64,000 nucleotides of DNA from Candidatus Woesebacteria bacterium. Its GTDB lineage: Bacteria; Patescibacteriota; Microgenomatia; UBA8517. This document shows positions 37,902-47,342 of the stretch, one piece after another (within the stretch, counting starts at the first letter, position 1; each line of letters starts with the position of its first letter). The stretch is taken from positions 785,639 to 849,638 of the forward strand of contig CP066693.1 in NCBI GenBank assembly GCA_016432525.1, written 5' to 3'. Made by a program: the position numbers and the translations under genes. The notes beneath the pieces were generated by a model, which was not told the DNA's origin, did not search any database, and saw only the letters and a program-made list of their open reading frames with translations.

Positions 37902-39238
37902 AAACTAATCTCATCATAAAGCTTGGGACAGACTACGTCGTTAAGCTTCAAATCAGCCTTTATTTTCTCAGACAAAATATTCCTTGATTCATCTTCTCCG
38001 TGAATCAAAAATACTTTGGAAACTCCTTGTATTTTGGAAAGCCAATTTATTAGTTTCGGCTGATCGGCGTGCGCGCTCATTCCAGAAGATTTTCTCACAT
38101 GTGACCTAATTTCAACTTCCTCGCCATAGATTCTTACCTTCGTAGCTCCATCTAAAATCCTTCTTCCCAAAGTACCTGTTGCTTGAAACCCAACTAATAA
38201 AAGTCTTGTTGTCTCAATAGGAAAATAAGTCATTGCATGATTCAAAATTCTTCCTCCATGCATCATTCCGCTTCCTGCAATTATAACTTTAGCGCCAGTT
38301 TTGTCTTTAATTTTTTCGCTTTCATGGAAGTCTTCAATCATTGTTAGTCCTGGAAAATCAAACGGGTCATCAGTCCCATGATTTTTCAGTTCAGTACTGT
38401 ACAAATCTTTAAACCTTTTATAAATCTGTGTAGTTTTAATCGCCATCGGGCTATCCAAGTAAACAGGAGTTGAATCTTGTACCTTTTTATTTTTCTTCAA
38501 ATGATCAATTATATGAAGAATCTCTTGGGATCTTTCAATCGAAAAAGCAGGAATTAGTAAAGCTCCACCCGACTTTTCAATCTCATTAATTTCTTCAGCT
38601 AGAACTTCCTTTGGATCTTCTTTTGCATGGATGCGATCTCCATAAGTTGATTCCATCAAAACAAATGCCGCATTAGCTATATTTTCAGTAGGTTTAAGTA
38701 AATCCTCAGGTGTATTTCCCAAATCTCCGCTAAATGCAATTTTTGTATTATCAACATTCATTTCAATTGAAGCTGATCCTAAAATGTGCCCTGCATCAAT
38801 TAGATTGATTTCGAATTCAAAAATACTAAAACTTTTGTGGTAATCAACAATCTCAGCATTATATATAAGTCTCCGGACGTCTTCTTCGGTATACAAAATT
38901 GGGTGCGATCCATGACCTTCTTTTCCCACCTTGGCAGCATCCAAAAGAGTCAGCTCAAAAAGAGCACGTGTAGCCTCAGTCATATAAATTTTGCCATTAA
39001 ATCCATTCATCGTCAAAAGAGGAAGCCTTCCACAGTGATCCAAATGTGCATGAGTTAGTATTACTCCAGATAAATTTCTAGGATCAAATTTCAAATCTGC
39101 AAAATTAAGCTGCGTTGTCTCTTCCTCTCCCTGAAACATTCCCATATCAACCAAAACTGTTTTGCCTGAGTTTGCTGTAACCAAAAACGAAGATCCAGTA
39201 ACAGTACCGGAAGCCCCTAAGAATTTTATTTTAGCCAT
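37898..39238 (-). CDS. MBL-fold beta-CASP nuclease (RNA-metabolising metallo-beta-lactamase)
   Basis: HAHLDHCG motif 2, plus downstream Asp/His motifs spaced as in beta-CASP proteins. About 446 aa. Overlaps the Cas4-like gene by 4 nt. Confidence 0.8.
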   Translation of the reverse strand: MAKIKFLGASGTVTGSSFLVTANSGKTVLVDMGMFQGEEETTQLNFADLKFDPRNLSGVILTHAHLDHCGRLPLLTMNGFNGKIYMTEATRALFELTLLDAAKVGKEGHGSHPILYTEEDVRRLIYNAEIVDYHKSFSIFEFEINLIDAGHILGSASIEMNVDNTKIAFSGDLGNTPEDLLKPTENIANAAFVLMESTYGDRIHAKEDPKEVLAEEINEIEKSGGALLIPAFSIERSQEILHIIDHLKKNKKVQDSTPVYLDSPMAIKTTQIYKRFKDLYSTELKNHGTDDPFDFPGLTMIEDFHESEKIKDKTGAKVIIAGSGMMHGGRILNHAMTYFPIETTRLLLVGFQATGTLGRRILDGATKVRIYGEEVEIRSHVRKSSGMSAHADQPKLINWLSKIQGVSKVFLIHGEDESRNILSEKIKADLKLNDVVCPKLYDEISL

Positions 39239-39288
39239 ACGCTTAACAATATCAAAAAACTTAATCTATTTCTACCTATCAAATCTCT

Positions 39289-39573
39289 TTACTTCTTTGC
39301 CCATTTATTCCAAATTAAGGCAAATACATAACCCATCACATATCCAACCAAAGATGTAAAAACAACTAAAATTAACGCTGTAGTCAAAGAAAATTGACTA
39401 ACAACAAATGGGTTACTCAAAAAATGTAGATTATATACAAAATCCAAAATTGTTTGGGCAAATCCGAAACTCACGGCCAAACCCCATAAAGCATGCATTA
39501 AGCCCATAAAAACTCCTGTTGCGATTGCAACTTCCTGCGCTTTAAGTTTCTTCATTTTCTCACCCCCAATCAA
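39289..39573 (-). CDS. hypothetical small membrane protein
   Basis: Three predicted transmembrane segments. Confidence 0.3.
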   Translation of the reverse strand: MIGGEKMKKLKAQEVAIATGVFMGLMHALWGLAVSFGFAQTILDFVYNLHFLSNPFVVSQFSLTTALILVVFTSLVGYVMGYVFALIWNKWAKK

Positions 39574-39614
39574 TCTCTTAATTAAATCCTACTCTTACCA
39601 AATTTAAAGATCAA

Positions 39615-40325
39615 TCAATCTATTTCACCTTTTAAATACTTTTTTCGCTCAAGATCTGGAAATCTCTCAATTGAATATCTAAGAGCAGTTCTAGGTATAT
39701 TTTCATAATTTTCTTTCAAAAATTTCTTCAACAAAGTTATATCTTTTTTCCCAACTTCCCTTAAAACCCAACCAACTGCTTTGTGAATTAAATCGTGTTT
39801 ATCTGATAAAAGTATTTTGGAAATTTTTAAAGTATCGTTAAAATCACTTTGGGCAATATAATAAAACGTGGAAATTATAGAAATTCTTCTTTCCCAAAGG
39901 CTTTTGGAAGTTGCTAGTTTATATAAAATTTTTCTGTCCTTTTTATCTAAATAAGCTCCAACAATATCTCTACAAGTTACATCCACCAAATCCCAATTAT
40001 TAATATATTTCGTATTATTCAAATATATTTCAAAAATCGTTTTTTGAAGTTTTGAATCAGCTTTTTGAAATTTTTCAAGAAGAATCAAAAGTGCAATCAT
40101 TCTCTCCTCATGCCATTTTGATTTAAGAAATTTTTGAGTGTCAGGCAGACTCAAGTCTTTATACTTTTTAACAATTGCCCGAGTGGTAGGAAGAGTAATT
40201 CCCAAGAATTTATCCCCCTCGCCATATTGCCCAACTCCTGTCTTAAAAAACCTCATCAAAGCCTTTGCTCTTTTTGGATCAGCGCTCCCCTTAATTTCAG
40301 CTCTTATTTCAGTTAGTTTACTCAA
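39615..40325 (-). CDS. DNA alkylation repair enzyme (AlkC/AlkD-like HEAT-repeat glycosylase)
   Basis: N-terminal pattern LTEIRAEIKGSADPKRAKALMRFFKTGVGQYGEGDKFLGI is typical of this family. About 236 aa. Confidence 0.65.
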   Translation of the reverse strand: MSKLTEIRAEIKGSADPKRAKALMRFFKTGVGQYGEGDKFLGITLPTTRAIVKKYKDLSLPDTQKFLKSKWHEERMIALLILLEKFQKADSKLQKTIFEIYLNNTKYINNWDLVDVTCRDIVGAYLDKKDRKILYKLATSKSLWERRISIISTFYYIAQSDFNDTLKISKILLSDKHDLIHKAVGWVLREVGKKDITLLKKFLKENYENIPRTALRYSIERFPDLERKKYLKGEID

Positions 40326-40349
40326 TTCACAAAAATTATAACACTTAAG

Positions 40350-40646
40350 TTATCTTCTCTCCTTAAAAGACGGGCATTCTGGTTTAACTCCCAATTCTGT
40401 TTCCTCATATAACTTTAAAGGTGAAACTCCAGCGGTACATCGCAAAGAAACCACATCTTTTCCATCTTTATGACCAAATTCCAATTTTAAATTAGCACAA
40501 CTCCCACAAATTCCACACAAAGCTCTTAACCTATGAGAATTCTCCTCTCTCGCCTCAGTATGAGTTCTCGATCTGGGTTTGTAAGATCCAGAAATATGTG
40601 AGCGTACAGTCTCTTTTGCCTTTCTTATATTTTCCAAACTCTCCAT
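40350..40646 (-). CDS. hypothetical Cys-rich small protein
   Basis: CGICGSC...C...C pattern; possibly a zinc ribbon. No family assigned. Confidence 0.3.
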   Translation of the reverse strand: MESLENIRKAKETVRSHISGSYKPRSRTHTEAREENSHRLRALCGICGSCANLKLEFGHKDGKDVVSLRCTAGVSPLKLYEETELGVKPECPSFKERR

Positions 40647-40688
40647 AATCGATATTATATTAGCAAATTAACTTTGTTACAATAAAAT

Positions 40689-41420
40689 ATGCGCAAAAGA
40701 ATAAATCTTCTTGATAATGCAATTGATAAACTTTTAAATTTCAAAGCCCATGTTTTAATTTTTGAAGTTTTAATTGGATTCTTTCTAAATCTCGTTTCAT
40801 TCATACTTTTTATAAAACTTCGAGGTGAAACTTTCGAAAAAGAGCTGACCGCTTTTGACAATACAATCTGGCATTTTTTTTATGCCCTTCGGTCAACCCC
40901 TCTCACCAAAATTATGATCGCCTTTTCAAATCTTGGGGGCGAGCTTTCAGTTGTAATTCTGATAATTTTAAGTATTTTATTTTTTGTAAAGCACTATCAT
41001 CGTGAAGCATTTCTTTTAACTTTTTTGTTTGCTATGTCTACTCTTCTAGATAGCTTTTTAAAACAAATAACCCAACGCCCAAGACCATATATTGCGCCTC
41101 TTGTTGCAGAAACAAGTTTTAGCTTTCCTTCAGGACACGCTATGAACTCCCTCGTCTTCTATATGGCAATTGCCTATTTTACCTATCAAATTCTAAGAAA
41201 AAAGAAACTAAGCATACTAATTCTAATTGGCTTTGGAGCATTAATTTTTATGATTGGAACAAGTCGCGTTTATCTTGGAGTTCATTATGCAACAGATGTA
41301 GTAGCAGGCTATATCATAGGTTTTTGGTGGCTTTTAACAGTCATCGTTCTCGAAAAAACTCTGATTCTTTTTAAGCTCTACTCTCAATCCTCTCATTCAT
41401 CTCCCACAAAGAAACGATAA
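40689..41420 (+). CDS. PAP2-family phosphatase (membrane)
   Basis: KxxxxxxRP (QRPRPY), PSGH (SFPSGHA), SRxxxxxHxxxD (SRVYLGVHYATD). Confidence 0.8.
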   Translation: MRKRINLLDNAIDKLLNFKAHVLIFEVLIGFFLNLVSFILFIKLRGETFEKELTAFDNTIWHFFYALRSTPLTKIMIAFSNLGGELSVVILIILSILFFVKHYHREAFLLTFLFAMSTLLDSFLKQITQRPRPYIAPLVAETSFSFPSGHAMNSLVFYMAIAYFTYQILRKKKLSILILIGFGALIFMIGTSRVYLGVHYATDVVAGYIIGFWWLLTVIVLEKTLILFKLYSQSSHSSPTKKR

Positions 41421-42438
41421 AAAGTGATTCACTCCATCCAAGTGGAGTGTTTTCATTAAATTTAGAAGAATTCGAAAAGTAAAGTTCAGGTAAGCCTTCT
41501 TTGGTATCATCTTTAATTAAATTATTCAAAAGCTCCTCAGCTTTTTTCACATCTCCTAATTTTTCATAAATTATGCAAAGCCAAGCAAGCCCAAATGTCC
41601 ATTCTGCTTCCTCAGATACCCCATCAACATTTTTATTGTAGTATCTATCTCCTTTATATCTAATTACTCCTCGCGCTCGAAGTAGATGATATTCAACATT
41701 TTCCAAAATTACACTTCTCTCGGATTCGTTTACAACATCATACGGCCAAATTAAAGATAGAAGTGATAAATCAACAAATTTTCTCTCAGACTCACGGGGA
41801 AGTAACACATGAAGCGCTTTCTCTCCTTTCTTAATTAAATCCAAACTCACCTCAATTTTTGGATGTCTTCTTATAGATTTCAAACCGGAAACGCATGCCC
41901 CAACAGAAGAAGAATGAATCTCCTCGTCCTCTTCCCACATTCCACTATCTCTATCATGCCAATACTCGATTGCTTCTAAATATTTAACAAGTTTATTTAC
42001 AATTCGGATCTGCTCATCAGTTTTAATAATTGAACGCTTTTGATTCATTTCCAGATCTCCGATTCTAAATAAAATGCACCCTATTGCATCATTTTGTTTA
42101 TTCCCCCACTCCTCCCAAAATTCATTAAAATTCTCCGGGTGAAATCTTGCATGAATGTATTGATATGACGCCTGCGGTTTGTGGTTAATTGCCCAATCAA
42201 TTTTTTCCTCATATCGTAAAAAAATTTTCAAAATTGCTCTGTATGTTTTCTCAACAGTTTCAAAATCCCCAATTACTTCAAATGCCAAAGTCTCATAAAA
42301 ATTATCGCGAAGCCAGCTTTTGTCGTATCCAGTTGAAACTCCTTTTTTAGAAGCAGCAAAAAGTCCTGTTTTGTACTGAAGATCTCTCAAAATCTTAAGA
42401 TGTTTCTGTATTAAATCATCACAAGAAAGCTTGGGCAT
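41371..42438 (-). CDS. glycoside hydrolase family 15-like (six-hairpin glycosidase)
   Basis: TGLFAASKKGVSTGYDKSWLRDNFYE resembles the GH15 N-terminal W-x-RD region. Shorter than classical glucoamylases. Confidence 0.45.
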   Translation of the reverse strand: MPKLSCDDLIQKHLKILRDLQYKTGLFAASKKGVSTGYDKSWLRDNFYETLAFEVIGDFETVEKTYRAILKIFLRYEEKIDWAINHKPQASYQYIHARFHPENFNEFWEEWGNKQNDAIGCILFRIGDLEMNQKRSIIKTDEQIRIVNKLVKYLEAIEYWHDRDSGMWEEDEEIHSSSVGACVSGLKSIRRHPKIEVSLDLIKKGEKALHVLLPRESERKFVDLSLLSLIWPYDVVNESERSVILENVEYHLLRARGVIRYKGDRYYNKNVDGVSEEAEWTFGLAWLCIIYEKLGDVKKAEELLNNLIKDDTKEGLPELYFSNSSKFNENTPLGWSESLFIVSLWEMNERIESRA

Positions 42439-42473
42439 TATTTATTATATCAATTTACGATCTTTTTTCATGC

Positions 42474-42752
42474 TTAGGACCTTTTGTAAGCCTCAAAGTT
42501 CGAAGCTGCTCCCGGATAAACCGCTCGTAAAATCTCTAATACCTTATTTCTCACATCATCAGATTTAATAACATCATTTTGCGCGTTTCGAACAGCCCAT
42601 CCTTCTATTAAAGCTCCAACTCCTCCGGCTTCCTCAGACGAAAGGCCTGCCTTAACTACTCCATTCAAAACTTTCCCGCGATCCCAATCCTCTAATCTTC
42701 CATCTCTTTTTTGAACTTGTATTACAGTTGCCAAAATAATCACCTCCTCCAT
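42474..42752 (-). CDS. stand-alone ATP-cone domain protein
   Basis: VQKRDGRLEDWDRGKVLNGVVKAG, the ATP-cone signature. 92 aa with no catalytic partner fused. Confidence 0.5.
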   Translation of the reverse strand: MEEVIILATVIQVQKRDGRLEDWDRGKVLNGVVKAGLSSEEAGGVGALIEGWAVRNAQNDVIKSDDVRNKVLEILRAVYPGAASNFEAYKRS

Positions 42753-42787
42753 TTTAAGTATATACTCTTTAAGGTAGAATAGACTAT

Positions 42788-43555
42788 ATGTCCAAAAAAT
42801 TATTAGTCTTTATTATCGTTCTTTTGGTGTTAATTTTAATCTACCTCAAAAACTCAACTGTTACAAAAAACCAAGAAATTTCTTCACCCACACTGCCACC
42901 GATTTCAGAAAAAGACAACACCAAAAGCTTATTTTTCCAAAACCAAGAATATAGATTCGCTTTTTTTAAAGCGAGTCCCCAGGACTTAAGTTTAATTCCA
43001 AATTTTAAAGATAAGAAAAATTCAGTTGATATTAAAAACGAAAACAACTGTAATTCTTTGGTAAATGCAGGTTTTTACACAACTGAAAATAAACCCATTG
43101 GCCTTTTCAAAACAAATGAAGAATTAATTAAGAATTATTATCCAAATTTAACTTTTAATGGTGTGTTTTCAATATCCCAACAAAACATTGCCTCAATTGA
43201 GGATAATTTTTCTGATCAAAACGCACGCCTTGCTCTTCAATCAGGTCCAATTCTTATAAAAAAAAGTGTCCTACAAAAACTCACAATTAATAATGATAAA
43301 ACATCAAGAAGGGTAATCTTAGCTTTAAATAGCAATAATGAAGTTTATTTTTTGGTGATTTTTAGGCAAGATTCAAAATATTTAGGACCCTACTTAAACG
43401 ATCTTCCTAAAATCATATCTGACCTAGGCGCATCTCAAAATTTAAACCTATCTGACGCCATAAATCTAGATGGAGGAACAGCATCAGCTTTCTATTCAAA
43501 TGAAACAAGTCTAGAAGAGCTCGCCCCAGTCGGCAGTTTTTTCTGTATTAAATAG
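42788..43555 (+). CDS. phosphodiester glycosidase-family protein (DUF2233/NAGPA-like)
   Basis: Signal anchor, then NAGFYTTENKPIGLF...LDGGTASAF. Confidence 0.5.
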   Translation: MSKKLLVFIIVLLVLILIYLKNSTVTKNQEISSPTLPPISEKDNTKSLFFQNQEYRFAFFKASPQDLSLIPNFKDKKNSVDIKNENNCNSLVNAGFYTTENKPIGLFKTNEELIKNYYPNLTFNGVFSISQQNIASIEDNFSDQNARLALQSGPILIKKSVLQKLTINNDKTSRRVILALNSNNEVYFLVIFRQDSKYLGPYLNDLPKIISDLGASQNLNLSDAINLDGGTASAFYSNETSLEELAPVGSFFCIK

Positions 43556-45365
43556 TGCTCTTCCCTAACTTCCTAGCTCTTCTTGCCTCAGTCTCATCCA
43601 AAATAATTTTTCTAATTCGAATATTTTTTGGTGTAACTTCAACAAGCTCTGTATCATCAATATACTCAATCGCCTCTTCCAAGCTCATAACTTTTGGAGT
43701 ATTAAAATGCTCTTGTGCCCCATCTCCTTTTGATCTCATATTTGATAGTTTTTTCTCTTTACACACATTTACAGACATATCTCCACCTCTTGAATTTTGT
43801 CCAACTACTTCCCCTTTATAGACATCGTAAGCAGGCCCCACAAACAAGATTCCTCTGTCCTGAACATTGGTTAAACCATAAAGTCTTGTTTGCCCTGTCT
43901 CAAATGCAACCAATGACCCCTTTGTTCTTTCGTGCCTTTCACCTGTGTCAATATCAAATTTTTCAAACATAGTGTTAATTATCCCAAGTCCCTTTGTATC
44001 AGTCATAAAATCACTCCTAAATCCAAAAAAATTGTAGGTTGCAATAACAAATTCCAAAAAGGTATTTCCAGAATCAGTCTTCATATCCTCCATTTTTGCA
44101 TGTCTCTCTCCCATTTTTTGAATTACTACTCCACTGTATTTTTCTGGAATCTCAATAAAAACTCGCTCGAATGCAGTCATTTTCTTTCCATCAACATCTT
44201 TAACAATCGCTTTAGGCCTCGAAACTTGAAATTCATAACCCTCTCTTCTCATTCGCTCAATTAAAATTGCCAGATGAAGTTCTCCTCTTCCTGATACTAT
44301 CCACTCTCCTCCTGTTGTCTCTTCAACTCTTAGTGCAACATCAGTTTCCAATTCCTTGAAAAGTCTTGCTCTAATCTCTCGAGATGTTTTAAATTCACCT
44401 TCTCGTCCTGCAAATGGGGAATCATTAATCTTAAATGTCATAATAATAGTTGGCTCTTCAATTGAGACAACTGGAAGTGCAATTGGATTTTGTAAATCTG
44501 CGATAGTTTCACCAATAGTAACATCCGAAATTCCAGCTACAGCTACAATGTCTCCTGCTTCAGCGCTGTTAACTTCTACTCTTTCAAGTCCTTGAAAAGT
44601 CATTAAAGAAGCAACCTTGAACTGTGACTTGACTCCTTCTCGAGAAATTCTTGTTATATTTTGTCCGCTCTCAATTTTCCCATTATAAATTCTTCCTGTT
44701 GCGATTCTGCCTTTATAATTATCAGCTGAAATTGTAGTGACAAGCATCTGAAGTGGTTTATTGCTATCTCCAGATGACCCTGGAATTTCTTTCAAAATTG
44801 CATCAAAAAGTGGAGTTACATCCTTCATCTCAGAAAGATTAGGAGTAAGTCCTGCTAATCCATCTCGTCCCGATGCATAAACTACAGGAAAAAAAGCATT
44901 TTCCTCAGAAGCCCCAAGCTCAACCATCAAATCAAAAACCTTTCCCTCAACCCATTCAGATCTTGCATGAGGCTTATCAATTTTATTAATAACAACAATA
45001 ATTTTAAGTCCCATGCGAAGTGCCTGTTTCAAAACAAACCTTGTCTGTGGCATTGGCCCTTCTTTGGCATCAACAAGAAGTAAACAACCATCTGCCATAG
45101 TTAAAACTCGCTCAACTTCTCCTCCAAAATCAGCATGCCCAGGAGTATCAATTATATTAATCTTGGTATCTTTATAGAAAACTGAAGCATTTTTAGAAAA
45201 AATAGTAATTCCTCGCTCTTTTTCAAGCTCATTACTATCCATGATAAGTCCAGCCTCATCAACTTCTTTCTTGAGCTTGGTGTGAGACTGTCTCAAAAGC
45301 GCATCAACCAAGGTTGTTTTTCCATGATCAACATGCGCAATAATAGCAACATTTCTGATATTCAT
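43548..45365 (-). CDS. typA: translational GTPase TypA/BipA
   Basis: [30 protein letters not shown], and an EF-G-like domain order. 605 aa. Confidence 0.95.
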   Translation of the reverse strand: MNIRNVAIIAHVDHGKTTLVDALLRQSHTKLKKEVDEAGLIMDSNELEKERGITIFSKNASVFYKDTKINIIDTPGHADFGGEVERVLTMADGCLLLVDAKEGPMPQTRFVLKQALRMGLKIIVVINKIDKPHARSEWVEGKVFDLMVELGASEENAFFPVVYASGRDGLAGLTPNLSEMKDVTPLFDAILKEIPGSSGDSNKPLQMLVTTISADNYKGRIATGRIYNGKIESGQNITRISREGVKSQFKVASLMTFQGLERVEVNSAEAGDIVAVAGISDVTIGETIADLQNPIALPVVSIEEPTIIMTFKINDSPFAGREGEFKTSREIRARLFKELETDVALRVEETTGGEWIVSGRGELHLAILIERMRREGYEFQVSRPKAIVKDVDGKKMTAFERVFIEIPEKYSGVVIQKMGERHAKMEDMKTDSGNTFLEFVIATYNFFGFRSDFMTDTKGLGIINTMFEKFDIDTGERHERTKGSLVAFETGQTRLYGLTNVQDRGILFVGPAYDVYKGEVVGQNSRGGDMSVNVCKEKKLSNMRSKGDGAQEHFNTPKVMSLEEAIEYIDDTELVEVTPKNIRIRKIILDETEARRARKLGKSTI

Positions 45366-45372
45366 ATGAGAA

Positions 45373-45396
45373 TAAAAAAACCGCCCTTTCTGCGGT
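45373..45396 (-). terminator. short hairpin plus U-run downstream of 45419..45880
   Basis: ACCGC-cctttct-GCGGT, with 8 A on the plus strand (U-run on the minus strand). Confidence 0.35.
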
Positions 45397-45418
45397 AAAC
45401 TATATTATACTCTCTGCC

Positions 45419-45880
45419 TTACTTAATCGCAAAATTACTATCAAACCTCACACTAGGAGCTCTTAGGTTTGAATCTCTAAAATTATTATTATTTAAATCG
45501 TTATCCAAATTATTTACATCAGATTGGATCTGTAAAACCGCCGAGTCAGTTGCATATTTCGAAGGAATGCTCTCAACCGGCGCAAATGTGGCTTGGGGAG
45601 TGGGAGTTGGAGTAGCTTTCAAAGCCGGTTTTTTTACTCCTCTCAAAGCCCTAACAATGACAGATACAACCAAAAGAGCCAATATTATCCCTATTAATAT
45701 TCCAAACAGTTTCACCAATTTCTTCTGCTTTGAATCAAGTCTACCCATTACTCCTTTCGTCTGAATAGTAGGATCAGCAATATTTACAACTTGCTGTGGT
45801 TGGTTAGTTACAGGGCTCTGGCTCAAAGTATTATTATTAATTTGATCTTGATTAAGTTGTTTTTCTGTTTCTGGGTTCAT
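45419..45880 (-). CDS. hypothetical bitopic membrane protein
   Basis: Central transmembrane helix (LFGILIGIILALLVVSVIV) between Gln/Asn-rich and Pro/Thr-rich segments. Confidence 0.35.
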   Translation of the reverse strand: MNPETEKQLNQDQINNNTLSQSPVTNQPQQVVNIADPTIQTKGVMGRLDSKQKKLVKLFGILIGIILALLVVSVIVRALRGVKKPALKATPTPTPQATFAPVESIPSKYATDSAVLQIQSDVNNLDNDLNNNNFRDSNLRAPSVRFDSNFAIK

Positions 45881-46675
45881 TTAATTAGTCATTATATTTT
45901 TAACTATTTCCTTAAGATATATATTCGCTTCTTTTAGATATTGGATTGTCTCATCATAACTTCCCAAAAAAGAGTTGTAAGAAGAAAATGGATCCTTTAC
46001 AGTTTCAATCTTTGGAAGATCAGTCAGTATCGAGCTTTCTTTATCTTTTGCTCGATCAACTCTATTCTGAGTCTCAATTATCCACCTTTCAATTGTTTGA
46101 GTATCCTTATCTTTTTTTATCTCAGAGGTTTTAGTAGAAATTCGCCCAATAATATCAGTGATTCTTCCCAAAAAAACTTGAACAGTTCCATCAGGAAGAG
46201 TTGCCAAAATTCTATAAATTAAGGGAAGTGTTATCTTATTGTAATGATCACGAGCCTTATCAGAATCAGAAAAAAGATCAGTTAAAGATCCAGCGCTTGG
46301 TATTTTATCTCTATGATCAATATAAAAACTTACATCGCTATCAATTCTTCCATAAAATCCATTTTTGTCATTATCACCAATCCCTTTAGTGTCAGTTATT
46401 TTCTGTCGAAGCATGCTTAAATAAGTGGAAATTACATCATCACGTGCCTTTAAAAAGGCATAAGTTGCCTGCTGTGCTTTCTGTTGAGACGCCAAAGTTT
46501 GTGAAGATAAATATTGAGATCTTGCAAGCTGATAATCATTATCAGCCTTTTGGTAAATATCAACGCTTGCCTTGTAATCAGATAAAGCTTTATCAAAATC
46601 GGACGCCTTCACTCTATAGACAAAACTCAAAAACAAAAAAACTATAAAACTAAAGATAAAAATTTTCTTCGTCAT
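45881..46675 (-). CDS. hypothetical secreted protein
   Basis: Signal peptide. Helical and Gln-rich. Confidence 0.35.
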   Translation of the reverse strand: MTKKIFIFSFIVFLFLSFVYRVKASDFDKALSDYKASVDIYQKADNDYQLARSQYLSSQTLASQQKAQQATYAFLKARDDVISTYLSMLRQKITDTKGIGDNDKNGFYGRIDSDVSFYIDHRDKIPSAGSLTDLFSDSDKARDHYNKITLPLIYRILATLPDGTVQVFLGRITDIIGRISTKTSEIKKDKDTQTIERWIIETQNRVDRAKDKESSILTDLPKIETVKDPFSSYNSFLGSYDETIQYLKEANIYLKEIVKNIMTN

Positions 46676-46679
46676 ATAT

Positions 46680-47342
46680 TTAGTATGTAATTTTTATTCT
46701 CGCACTGTCAATAAAAGCAGTGTAACCATTAAGAGATTTGATTTGCACAGCATATAAATTTCGCCCACTTCGTAATTTAATTTGACCAGAACTTACTTGG
46801 GTTGTATCAGCGCTAGTTGTCGTCAGCTCTGATCCATCAACTGCAACTCCATTTGTTAAGTCAAAAATTCGTGCATAAGCTGCCCCATTTCCTTGATCAA
46901 CTTTCATAAAAACATCCCAAGTCGCATATGCACTTGCCCCATAATCACTATAAAAATCAATATAAACCTGGTTATTATTTAAACTTACCCAATTTTGGCT
47001 TTGAGTATTACTACTTCCACCAAGAGGAATATAAACAGTCTGAAGAGATTTTGGCTGTGGGCTTGATTTTACATAAACTGTCTGAGTACTAGTTTTATTA
47101 GAATTTAGATTTGCTGAAATTGTTGCAATCGCAGAAGAAACAGTTCTTTTAACATCATCAAGAGTGATTAAGCCACTTTGTGTCGCAGTATTAGGAGCAG
47201 CAGCAGTGTTTATATCAGCTGTTGTCTGATTCTCAATAACATTTGAAATATTATTTACTTTCGCAAAAAGAAACAAAATTGAAGCAGAAATTGCAATCAA
47301 AAAAATAATAATTATTCCCCAAAAGTAACTAGACTTTGTCAT
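46680..47342 (-). CDS. hypothetical secreted protein
   Basis: N-terminal transmembrane/signal segment. Beta-rich Ser/Thr/Asn composition. Confidence 0.35.
   Translation of the reverse strand: MTKSSYFWGIIIIFLIAISASILFLFAKVNNISNVIENQTTADINTAAAPNTATQSGLITLDDVKRTVSSAIATISANLNSNKTSTQTVYVKSSPQPKSLQTVYIPLGGSSNTQSQNWVSLNNNQVYIDFYSDYGASAYATWDVFMKVDQGNGAAYARIFDLTNGVAVDGSELTTTSADTTQVSSGQIKLRSGRNLYAVQIKSLNGYTAFIDSARIKITY

Noticed and set aside
40655-40861. 68-aa minus-strand ORF overlapping the PAP2 start
   Set aside because: It is antisense to the PAP2 N-terminus and divergent promoter region, with no motif.
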